DNA from: Holophagaceae bacterium
GTDB taxonomy: Bacteria; Acidobacteriota; Holophagae; Holophagales; Holophagaceae
Reading direction: 5' to 3'
Length of the DNA: 53,212 bases
Assembly: GCA_025350765.1 (NCBI GenBank)
Contig: JANXXC010000221.1
Span: 1-53,212 of the forward strand
The position numbers and the translations under genes are program-made. The notes below the pieces were generated by a model. That model had not been told where the DNA came from and did not search any database. It worked only from the letters and a program-made list of their open reading frames with translations. Shown here in pieces: positions 1-7,713 of this stretch (positions are counted from its first letter, which is position 1; each line of letters starts with the position of its first letter).

Positions 1-136
1 GTTGAAAATCTCGTGACGACACACTCTAGCCTTTCTGATCGGAACGGATTGGCTCCTGCTTTACGGCTAAGCGGACGATTGGAAGCTCTTTTCTGAAGCC
101 TGTGTTCAGAGAGACTGGAAGAAGCCCCTCGCCCGG

Positions 137-556
137 GTGGAGAAACAGGTCCGATCCCAACCTTTGTACTGGGTGGAGGGTGAACCAGGCGGCCAGATCG
201 GCCGCCTCCGGAAAGGGCCAGCGCTCCTGCAGGGCCGGGTCGGGGATTTAATCGATGGCGAGATGGTTGAGGGGGCCTACATTCCTCCGAAGATGACCGG
301 CACAACCTTTCTCCAGCCAGAATTCCCGGCCGAGGCCGGGAACCAGAGGCTGACGGCCGACGCGAGGGTACATGTCTCGGTGGATGCCCATGGCCGCGTC
401 ATCCGGCTGCGGCTGGTTCCGGGCTACGCTCTGGGCCTCTTCGGCCCCGAGGCCTTGAAGTGGGTGACCCGTTGGGATTTCAAGCCCGCTACCCAGGACG
501 GGAAACCCACCAGCGGCGGGACCGTGGTGCGCGTTCGTTATTTTCGGAAGCCCTGA
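137..556 (+). CDS. TonB C-terminal-domain-like protein (139 aa, GTG start)
   Basis: ORF track. The C-terminal ~80 aa (ARVHVSVDAHGRVIRLRLV...EALKWVTRWDFKPA...GGTVVRVRYF) resembles the TonB_C pattern. No N-terminal anchor or Pro-rich linker is seen, so the call is tentative. Confidence 0.4.
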   Translation: MEKQVRSQPLYWVEGEPGGQIGRLRKGPALLQGRVGDLIDGEMVEGAYIPPKMTGTTFLQPEFPAEAGNQRLTADARVHVSVDAHGRVIRLRLVPGYALGLFGPEALKWVTRWDFKPATQDGKPTSGGTVVRVRYFRKP

Positions 557-630
557 TCCGGAGCTATCGATAGGGATTGCGACCCGAGGTGCGAAGCGAT
601 CAAAAGGGCCAAACGCGATACCCAGAATAA

Positions 631-1422
631 ATGGTGCTTCCTTCCTATCTTCGCTCCCTCCAGACTTGGCCCATGAAAACTGAAACGAATCCGGCCATGG
701 ATTTACTTCCTGCAGGGGTGGCGCAAAGCCTCCAGGAATTTCTAACCCAAGCTCAGCAGACCCTGGGCGCTTCCCTGCAGTCCATCTCGCTCTTCGGGAG
801 CGGAGCCGAGGGACGCCTCCGGGCCACTTCCGACCTCAACTTGCTGCTGGTACTCCGGGATCTCAACCCCTCGGCTCTGGAGAAGCTGCGGGAGCCCATG
901 CGACTGATGGAAACCCTACATCGAGCCCGCTTCTTGCTCCTGCTCACCGACGAAATGCCTGCAGCCCTTGAGGCCTTTCCCGACAAGTTCGCGGATATTT
1001 TCAGGCGGCATCAACGGCTTATCGGTTCGGACCCCTTCGAGGGGCTGAGCGTCGATCCCCGCCACCTCCGGCAGAAAATCTCCCAATCCTTTTTAAACCA
1101 GACCCTGAGGCTCAGGGAGGCCTATGTTTTGCGAAGCCTTCGAGAGGAACAGGCCGAACGGGCCCTCGCGGAGGCGACGGGTCCCCTGAGAAGCGAAGCC
1201 GCCAATCTCCTGGAGCTCGAGGGGCAAAATCTCGCTCCGAAAGAAGCCTTGGCCAAGATCGCCGCGGAACTTCCCGGGGGTCCCTGGGAAGACCTTTTGG
1301 ATGCCCTCTCCCAGGTCCGGGAAGGAGAAACGCTTCCGCCAGGCACCCCGCCAGCCTTCCTTCTTCGATTGGCTGATCTGGCCCAGCAACTTTACCGGCG
1401 CTCCCTGGAGGTCCGGTCTTGA
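631..1422 (+). CDS. Nucleotidyltransferase-fold (MNT/KNTase-like) domain protein
   Basis: 263-aa ORF with an N-terminal LFGSGAEGRLRATSDLNLLLVL motif (G-S-x10-D-h-N-h, NTase-like). Its stop overlaps the next start (TTGA at 1419-1422). Confidence 0.6.
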   Translation: MVLPSYLRSLQTWPMKTETNPAMDLLPAGVAQSLQEFLTQAQQTLGASLQSISLFGSGAEGRLRATSDLNLLLVLRDLNPSALEKLREPMRLMETLHRARFLLLLTDEMPAALEAFPDKFADIFRRHQRLIGSDPFEGLSVDPRHLRQKISQSFLNQTLRLREAYVLRSLREEQAERALAEATGPLRSEAANLLELEGQNLAPKEALAKIAAELPGGPWEDLLDALSQVREGETLPPGTPPAFLLRLADLAQQLYRRSLEVRS

Positions 1423-2324
1423 ATCCGCTTGATCTTCGAGGTCCCGAATTCCTGGTTTTCTACATCCTGATCGTTAGCACTGGATCCGGAATTCTCTGGA
1501 TGCTCCGCCGCGCGCAGGAGGGCGGTTCTGTTCCGCGCCTGGATGTCTCCGACCCCTTCCTTCTGGCTTTTCTGCGGGGAGGAAAGGCGGAAATGCTCCG
1601 GGTGGGGCTGTTCTCACTGGTCGATCGAGGCCTCTTTATGCTCGTCGGCGGTGGGGCCCAATTGGTGATTGCCGAACCCATGGCCGCTGAAAAAGTTCGG
1701 CGTCCCCTGGAAAAGGAATTGCTGCGCAAATTCAACGAGGCCCATGCTCCCCAATCTGTCCTGACGGTTTCTAGTCCCATCCTGGATGGGGACGAATACC
1801 AACAAACCCTAGAAAGCCTCCAGCTCCTTCCGGATGAATCCCAGAAGGCTCGACGGGTTTGGCTCTTCATCATCGGGGCCCTTGGCCTGGGCGGCTTGGC
1901 TGCGGTGAAGGTGTTTGTCGCCCTATCCCGGGGAAGATCGAATGTGGGTTTTCTCATCATTCTGGGTGCCCTCTCGCTGGTGCTGGTGGGCGCGGTGCTT
2001 TTCCCGCGCAGGACCTCTCTCGGCTCCAGGGCCTTGGAGGATCTCCAAAGGCTCACCCAACCCATGAAGGGCCGTGCGGCCAGCCTACAGCCTGGTGGGG
2101 GCACCGCCGAAGCTGTGCTGCTCGCGGCAATCTTCGGGTTTTACACCCTTCCAAGCGCCTTCTCCTACCTCACCCTTCTTTTCCCTCCCCGCCGTTCATC
2201 CTCCTTTGGGTCTAATAGCGGAACCTCCTGTGGATCTGCTAGCGGAACCTCGTGTGGGTCTGCGGGCGGGTCATCCTGCGGCGGCGGCGGATGCGGCGGT
2301 GGGTGTGGAGGCTGCGGGTCATGA
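1419..2324 (+). CDS. TIGR04222-type multi-pass membrane protein with C-terminal Ser/Gly/Cys-rich tail
   Basis: N-terminus MNPLDLRGPEFLVFYILIV...DPFLLAFLRGGKAEMLRVGLFSLVDRG matches my recollection of the TIGR04222 domain. There are about 4 hydrophobic segments. The tail is ...SGTSCGSASGTSCGSAGGSSCGGGGCGGGCGGCGS. TTG start overlaps the upstream stop. Confidence 0.75.
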   Translation: MNPLDLRGPEFLVFYILIVSTGSGILWMLRRAQEGGSVPRLDVSDPFLLAFLRGGKAEMLRVGLFSLVDRGLFMLVGGGAQLVIAEPMAAEKVRRPLEKELLRKFNEAHAPQSVLTVSSPILDGDEYQQTLESLQLLPDESQKARRVWLFIIGALGLGGLAAVKVFVALSRGRSNVGFLIILGALSLVLVGAVLFPRRTSLGSRALEDLQRLTQPMKGRAASLQPGGGTAEAVLLAAIFGFYTLPSAFSYLTLLFPPRRSSSFGSNSGTSCGSASGTSCGSAGGSSCGGGGCGGGCGGCGS

Positions 2325-3172
2325 ACGATCGATTCGGGATTGGCTGGCGGCCAGAACTCAGCGCTGGCCTGCTGGCCCATGGCGAGCAGATGGATCTCAC
2401 CGAGCTCATTTTGGAGGACGCCGCGGCGGCTTCTCCACGCCACCACCGCGCCTACCGGACCCTTGCCTCCCAGGTGCCATTCTGGTTGCATGGCACTAGC
2501 CTGGGCATGGCCTCCACCTTTCCCTCGGACGAGAAAAGGCTGGCCCGCTGTGCGCGGATGGTGGAAGTCATTGGCCCCGAAGGGTGGAGCGAACACTTGG
2601 CCTTTGTTCGGGTTCCGGGCATTGAAATCGGCCACCTAGCGGCTCCTCCCCGCACCCTGGAGACCGCGGAGGGAGCTGCGCAAAATCTACGACGGGCCGC
2701 GCGGATTGTGGGCAGTCTGCCCCTCGTCGAGAACGTCGCCTCCCTGATGAGGCCCCCAGGAAGCACTCTTCCGGAAGCCGAATGGATCCGTTTGATCCTG
2801 GAAGCCAGCGGCGCGGAACTGTTATTAGATCTCCATAATCTGTACGCCAATGCCATGAACGAAGGGGAGGATCCGACCCAGCGACTATTGGCTTTCCCTC
2901 TGGACCGAGTGGGCCAGGTGCACGTGGCGGGGGGACGGTGGATCGGGGCGCCCGGAGCGTTGAAGCGGCTGGACGATCACCTCCATCCCACCCCCCCGGA
3001 GGTCTACGGCCTCTTGGAGACCCTTGCGAAAGTCCACCCAGGCCCGCTCAACGTGGTCCTGGAGCGGGATGGAGCTTATCCCGCCATTCCGGATCTCCTG
3101 GCCGAATTGGAGCTTGCACGGGAGGCAGTAGTCCGGGGAAGACAGCGCCGAGTTCTGGAGGCCGCGTCATGA
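2321..3172 (+). CDS. DUF692 / MNIO family (MbnB/TglH/HvfB-like multinuclear non-heme iron) protein
   Basis: Starts MNDRFGIGWRPEL. Family-typical motifs are present (WLHGTSLG, WSEHLAF, PLVENV, LLLDLHNLYANAMN, VGQVHVAGG, LDDHLHP). The ATG at 2321 overlaps the upstream TGA (ATGA). The track ORF 2252..3172 is an upstream extension in the same frame. Confidence 0.85.
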   Translation: MNDRFGIGWRPELSAGLLAHGEQMDLTELILEDAAAASPRHHRAYRTLASQVPFWLHGTSLGMASTFPSDEKRLARCARMVEVIGPEGWSEHLAFVRVPGIEIGHLAAPPRTLETAEGAAQNLRRAARIVGSLPLVENVASLMRPPGSTLPEAEWIRLILEASGAELLLDLHNLYANAMNEGEDPTQRLLAFPLDRVGQVHVAGGRWIGAPGALKRLDDHLHPTPPEVYGLLETLAKVHPGPLNVVLERDGAYPAIPDLLAELELAREAVVRGRQRRVLEAAS

Positions 3173-3411
3173 GCCAGGCACTGGAGCGTCTCCTGGCGAT
3201 GATCTATACGGATTCCGCGGCCCTGGAACGCTTCCTGGCAGATCCTATCACCGAGGCTTTGGGCGCCGGGTGCACGAAGGAAGAAGCCGCGCGCCTTGAA
3301 GCCCCTGATGCATCAGGTTTACGGTTGGCTCACCAAAGTTTCCACCGGAAAAGGACGTTGAAGCACGCTCTCTCGTCAAAAGTCTGGTGGCGATGGTTGA
3401 TGGGCCGTTGA
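3169..3411 (+). CDS. Small (80 aa) helical protein, function unknown, coupled to the DUF692 gene
   Basis: The ATG at 3169 overlaps the DUF692 stop (ATGA). It is in frame with track ORF 2938..3411. The sequence MSQALERLLAMIYTDSAALERFLADPITEALGAGCTKEEAARLE has a LigA-subunit/NHLP-leader-like helical flavour, which is only a weak impression. Confidence 0.5.
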   Translation: MSQALERLLAMIYTDSAALERFLADPITEALGAGCTKEEAARLEAPDASGLRLAHQSFHRKRTLKHALSSKVWWRWLMGR

Positions 3412-3600
3412 AGGGTTGGAGTTTCTCCACCGGATCTTGCTAAAGGAATCGACGCGGCGAATTGATATCAACTTGGTCTCGATCCCGATGCTACTAGCCC
3501 GGAACCCCGACGCATTGCAGCAGCGGGTGGCGCGTCAGGTCGCCTCGCAGGAACGCATTGTGCATGGGTTCGCTTGTCTGCACGACCCGCGCGGGCCCTA

Positions 3601-4572
3601 TCAGAAGACCTCCTTAATACCTCGTACGGGAGCCGCGGCCTCCCTGTGAAAGGTCCTCGCCCAATCCTTGGGCAGAAAGAACACCTGGGCCTTGCGGTTC
3701 CGCAAGAAAACCAGTGAATCCCAGATAAGGCCTTGGTCGACACGGAGTGGATCAAGAGGCCCTTCATCCAGGGCCACGGTTTTGGGCTTGAGAAGGCCGC
3801 GATAGATGAAATTCCAACGGCCTTGGAGGTGCACCAGGTATCCATCCTTCAAGCGCGGGGCGCCCTTCACTTGGCGGGCAAAAGCGCGCACCACGTGGTC
3901 GCTGCCCAAGGGATCCAATTCGAGGATGGCCAGCTCCGCCCATTGGGGCACTTCATGGCGCCCGGCTCGCCGCACCCAGGACATGATGCGCCCGGCGAAG
4001 CCCACCAGCAGGAAATGCAGCACCCGGAAGAGCAGCGGCAGCATGAGCGCGATGAGCAGAATGAGCGCCACCAGCACTGGGATGGCAATGGTGGGATGGC
4101 TGTACGCCAGGGCCAGTAGGCCCACCACGCCCACGTCTTCGGCCACGCTGATGAGGCCGTGAGTGGTGGGCTCCGGCGCCGTGTGGGCCATGAGGCGAAT
4201 GCCCATCTTGGTGCCGTGGGTGCCCAGGGCGATGGTGCCGCCGGCGAGCATGGCGATGACCTGTACCGTGGGGTGCAGATCCCCGGCGGCCGCGAGTGCC
4301 AACAATGCGCCGCCGACGGGCCGCACGAAGGTGTGGATGCCATCCCAAATCACCGTGACAAAGGGCACCTTGTCCGCGAAGAATTCGATGAGGAAGAGCA
4401 GGCCTGCGGCGATGAGCACCGCCGGATGGGACAGCACATGGAGTTCAGAAGGAAGGCCGCTGATCCAATGAAAGCGTTCCGCCAGGCCCACCGTCAGCAC
4501 CGCGAGGTAGAGGTTGATGCCCGAGACCACGGAGAGCCCGAGGATCCCAGCGAGGGTGGAAAGAGGAGCCAC
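3601..4572 (-). CDS. DUF4126-like membrane protein with extra ~130-aa C-terminal soluble domain
   Basis: 323-aa ORF with a GTG start. The N-terminal half is polytopic (LGLSVVSGINLYLAVLTVGL..., FADKVPFVTVIWDGIHTFVRPVGGALLA), typical of DUF4126. The C-terminal half is non-hydrophobic. Confidence 0.65.
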   Translation of the reverse strand: MAPLSTLAGILGLSVVSGINLYLAVLTVGLAERFHWISGLPSELHVLSHPAVLIAAGLLFLIEFFADKVPFVTVIWDGIHTFVRPVGGALLALAAAGDLHPTVQVIAMLAGGTIALGTHGTKMGIRLMAHTAPEPTTHGLISVAEDVGVVGLLALAYSHPTIAIPVLVALILLIALMLPLLFRVLHFLLVGFAGRIMSWVRRAGRHEVPQWAELAILELDPLGSDHVVRAFARQVKGAPRLKDGYLVHLQGRWNFIYRGLLKPKTVALDEGPLDPLRVDQGLIWDSLVFLRNRKAQVFFLPKDWARTFHREAAAPVRGIKEVF

Positions 4573-4586
4573 GGTGCCTCAGCCTT

Positions 4587-4850
4587 TCAGTGGCGGAAAT
4601 AGCGCAGCGCCAGCAGCAGGAGGACGGCACCCGCGATGCTGATGAGGGCGCTGAAGACGCGGCCGCTGGGCTTGTCCCCGGATTCCAGGCCCACGGCGCT
4701 CGCCAGGAAATGCCCTCCGAAGGAACCCACCACGCCCACAAGCCCGGTCATCCAAAAACCGATGGGGTCGTGGCCCGGTAGGACGAAACGCGCCACCAGT
4801 CCGACGATGAGGCCGAGGATGAACTTCCAGATGAGGTGGAACATGGGCAT
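4587..4850 (-). CDS. GlsB/YeaQ/YmgE family stress-response membrane protein
   Basis: 87 aa with family-typical sequence (ILGLIVGLVARFVLPG...GFWMTGLVGVVGSFGG). Confidence 0.85.
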   Translation of the reverse strand: MPMFHLIWKFILGLIVGLVARFVLPGHDPIGFWMTGLVGVVGSFGGHFLASAVGLESGDKPSGRVFSALISIAGAVLLLLALRYFRH

Positions 4851-5210
4851 TTCCTTTTCGATGGATGGCGAAGGCTACGCTGCGGAAATCAAGACGTCAA
4901 CCGAAGCGGATTTCGAAGGGGCTGTTTGAGGGTGTTCCTGGAAGGAAACGATGGTGAGCAGCGTTGCCCTCTGGCATGTATATGGTTTGTCGTTCGCCTG
5001 AGGTAATGGGCCTATCCCTTGAGTGTCAGCAATACGTTCAAGCATCTCTCCCCTCCTCATTCAAAAAGCCCCTTCAGAAAGAAATCGCGGATCAGCCATC
5101 ACTCAGGAAATCTTTCTGGTTCGTCGCTAAGAGTTTGCAATTCAAGACCCTCTACTTCATGCAGAGACTAGCCAGGAATGCCCTGTAAGTCGCCAGACCT
5201 ACAAGAAGGC

Positions 5211-5624
5211 TCAAGACTGCGGGAAACTGAAGGCTCGTTTAGAAAAATGGTCGAGACTCATGGAAAGCGCTTTGCGTTCCGAAACCGCGCTTAATATCCG
5301 CCGCGCAACCAGCCCCCAAACCAAGGTTCCAAGGGCGCTGATGACCGGCAGCACCAAAAGGTACCATTGGGGCTGGGGCCCGCCCTTGGAGGCGAGGCCA
5401 AACCCGATCCCCACCACCAGCACGATGACACTAAGAATGCGCACGGCGGGTTGTCCGCGGCCGATGAGCGCGGCAATGTATCCGCTCGCGGCGGCCGCCA
5501 GGAAACCGCTCGCAAGGTTCGCGAATAAATACATCCTTGTAAGGGGTGTCTTGTCGCTGGGCTTGGCGTTTCCCAACAGGGTTTTCGAGAGGATGGCCGT
5601 GATCACCAGGACAAGGATCACCAT
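5211..5624 (-). CDS. Hypothetical small membrane protein (~4 TM)
   Basis: 137-aa ORF with several hydrophobic segments. No family recognised. Confidence 0.4.
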   Translation of the reverse strand: MVILVLVITAILSKTLLGNAKPSDKTPLTRMYLFANLASGFLAAAASGYIAALIGRGQPAVRILSVIVLVVGIGFGLASKGGPQPQWYLLVLPVISALGTLVWGLVARRILSAVSERKALSMSLDHFSKRAFSFPQS

Positions 5625-5765
5625 TGAGGCTTAGCCTGCGATGACCGCGAGAACCTTCCGGACGATGGGATCTCATGGATACTGGCTTGATCAAATTCTT
5701 TTCATTTCGTGAGCGGCGTAGCGCGGTCCACTGCCCTCATGCTTCCATCAATCAGGAGGTGTTCC

Positions 5766-6254
5766 ATGGCCCTTGGGAAATCGGAAATCGATGCCTACCT
5801 TATGCGCTACGGATCTGGCCCCGCCCTGCTGCGTATGGCCTGGTCGGAAGTCCCCCCGGAAGCCCGCCAGTGGCAGCCTGGAACGGGAAAATGGTCTGCC
5901 CATGAAATTGTCGTCCACTGCGCCGATTCCGAAACCTACGGCGCCACGCGCATCCGCCTAGTGCTCGCCGAAAAGGAGCCCCTCATCGTGGGCTACGACG
6001 AGAACCTGTGGGCCCGCACTTTCGACTACCACGGCCACGATGTAGAGCTGGCCTTCCGCACCATCGAGTCGGTGCGGGCCAATACCGTGACCATGCTGCG
6101 CCGCCTGCCGGACGGCGCCTGGGGTCGAGAAGGCCGCCACACTGACAGTGGACCCTACACGGACAACGACTGGTTGCGCATCTACGCAGAGCATCTCGAA
6201 GTCCACGCGCGGCAGATCCGGCGGAACATCGCAGCCTGGAAGAACAAAAGTTGA
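5766..6254 (+). CDS. DinB-family (DinB_2-like) protein
   Basis: Contains HEIVVHCADSETYGATRIRL...YAEHLEVHARQIRRN. The ATG at 5766 is preceded by AGGAGG. The track ORF starts at a GTG at 5709. Confidence 0.75.
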   Translation: MALGKSEIDAYLMRYGSGPALLRMAWSEVPPEARQWQPGTGKWSAHEIVVHCADSETYGATRIRLVLAEKEPLIVGYDENLWARTFDYHGHDVELAFRTIESVRANTVTMLRRLPDGAWGREGRHTDSGPYTDNDWLRIYAEHLEVHARQIRRNIAAWKNKS

Positions 6255-7063
6255 CCTCCGAGCTGAACCTCGACGCCTATTTATCGCGCATCGGCTACAC
6301 CGGGGCGCGTGCCCCAAGCCTTGAGTGCCTGCGCGCATTACATCTGGCCCATGGCTCCACCATTCCCTTCGAGAATCTGGATATCCAGATGGGTTTGCCC
6401 ATCAAGCTGGATTTGGCGTCGCTGCACGAGAAGCTGGTAAGGCGCCGCCGCGGGGGATATTGCTTCGAGCAGAACACGCTGTTCATGGCTGCGTTGCGGG
6501 CTTTCGAATTTGAGCCCAAACCCTGCGAAGCCCGCGTGCGCTATGGCATGCCTGCCGTGTTGCCCCGCACCCACATGCTGCTTTTGGTGGATGTCGACGG
6601 CGTCGAATACCTTTGCGACGTGGGCTTCGGCGGCGAAGGTTTGCTGCATCCCCTGCCCACGGATGGTGAAGCGCATGAACAGTTCTCAAATACCTACCGC
6701 GTCGTGGCGGAGGGCGCGCTGCGAGTGCTGCAAAGCCTTCACGCGGATGGCTGGTTTGATCTCTACGCTTTCATTCCCGAAGAACGCAATGCCGTCGATT
6801 TCGAAATGGGGAATTGGTACACCAGCGCCTATCCGCAGTCCCGATTCGTCCTGACCCTCACGGCTCAGTTGCCGACACCCGAGGCACGCTATACCTTGCG
6901 AAACCGCACTTACACGGTGATCCGCAACAGAGTCGAAACCACGCGAGAACTGGATGACGCGGAATTATGGAAAGTATTGCGAGACGTCTTCACGTTAGAT
7001 GTGCCTGATGGGACCTCATTTCGGGCGATTAACCCTTCTTCATTCGATGCGCCCAATTCTTGA
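6251..7063 (+). CDS. Arylamine N-acetyltransferase
   Basis: Contains LDAYLSRIGYTG...LHLAHGSTIPFENLD...RRRGGYCFEQN (NAT catalytic Cys context). The TTG start overlaps the DinB stop (TTGA). Confidence 0.85.
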   Translation: MTSELNLDAYLSRIGYTGARAPSLECLRALHLAHGSTIPFENLDIQMGLPIKLDLASLHEKLVRRRRGGYCFEQNTLFMAALRAFEFEPKPCEARVRYGMPAVLPRTHMLLLVDVDGVEYLCDVGFGGEGLLHPLPTDGEAHEQFSNTYRVVAEGALRVLQSLHADGWFDLYAFIPEERNAVDFEMGNWYTSAYPQSRFVLTLTAQLPTPEARYTLRNRTYTVIRNRVETTRELDDAELWKVLRDVFTLDVPDGTSFRAINPSSFDAPNS

Positions 7064-7706
7064 GAATGTAGGCCTCAGCATCGGGGGTTTTGCAGTCGGT
7101 CTCGCCATGATCTACGACGACCTTTCCAATGCGCTTGGCGGCGGCGAGTGCCGCTAGTTTCAGGTGTTCATTTCGGGTGCCGAGGGCGATCAGGGTGTTG
7201 TTCATGGCGCCGCGAGTGCGATTCGGCGCGGCGTGGACTTCCTTTTCGATGCGTTTGATGAAAGACCCGAAAAAAGCTTCGTCCCTAGTCTTGTCGTCCA
7301 TGGCGGCGCGGGCCAGCAGCCCCCACCCGGCGCTGCTGATCCACTCATCCTTCGATTCCATCCAGGCCTTCATACAGGGCTCGGCGTGGGGTGTGTGCGC
7401 CACGAAAGTGGTGAAGGCATCCACGATGGGATAGCCCGTGCAACCGTTTAGCCAGGCATCAATTTCTTTGCGGGTGGCCTTGGATGGATCGGCGATTTGC
7501 GAAGCCAAAATCCGTGCTTCGTGAATGCCGGATTCCCATAAGTCCAAGGCCAGGACATGGTCGATTTTGATCCGTTTCTGAAGCTTTGCGAGATCGCTGT
7601 AGAGCACGCCCAGGACTTCACCTTCGGCGCCGTGGCGGCGGTAGATCCGAGCGGTGCCTTCCTTGCCCGAAGCCTTCAATAATTGGAGGATTTCAGATGC
7701 GTTCAT
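7029..7706 (-). CDS. DNA alkylation repair (AlkD-like HEAT-repeat) protein
   Basis: 225 aa. The N-terminus ILQLLKASGKEGTARIYRRHGAEGEVLGVLYSDLAKLQKRIK is typical of the DNA alkylation repair enzyme family. Its 3' end overlaps the convergent NAT gene by 35 nt. Confidence 0.75.
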   Translation of the reverse strand: MNASEILQLLKASGKEGTARIYRRHGAEGEVLGVLYSDLAKLQKRIKIDHVLALDLWESGIHEARILASQIADPSKATRKEIDAWLNGCTGYPIVDAFTTFVAHTPHAEPCMKAWMESKDEWISSAGWGLLARAAMDDKTRDEAFFGSFIKRIEKEVHAAPNRTRGAMNNTLIALGTRNEHLKLAALAAAKRIGKVVVDHGETDCKTPDAEAYILKNWAHRMKKG

Positions 7707-7713
7707 GGTTCAC

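Noticed and set aside
3416-3649. 77-aa TTG ORF after the MNIO operon.
   Set aside because: The start is weak, the composition is atypical, and its 3' end overlaps the convergent DUF4126 gene by 49 nt. It is kept only as a note under the operon finding.
4851-5210. 360-bp lower-GC spacer upstream of the glsB-like gene, including ORF 4964..5188 (+). I considered a riboswitch or small gene.
   Set aside because: I could not recognise any known riboswitch core or convincing coding signal. It is probably a promoter/5' UTR region. Testing further would need a covariance-model scan (Rfam).
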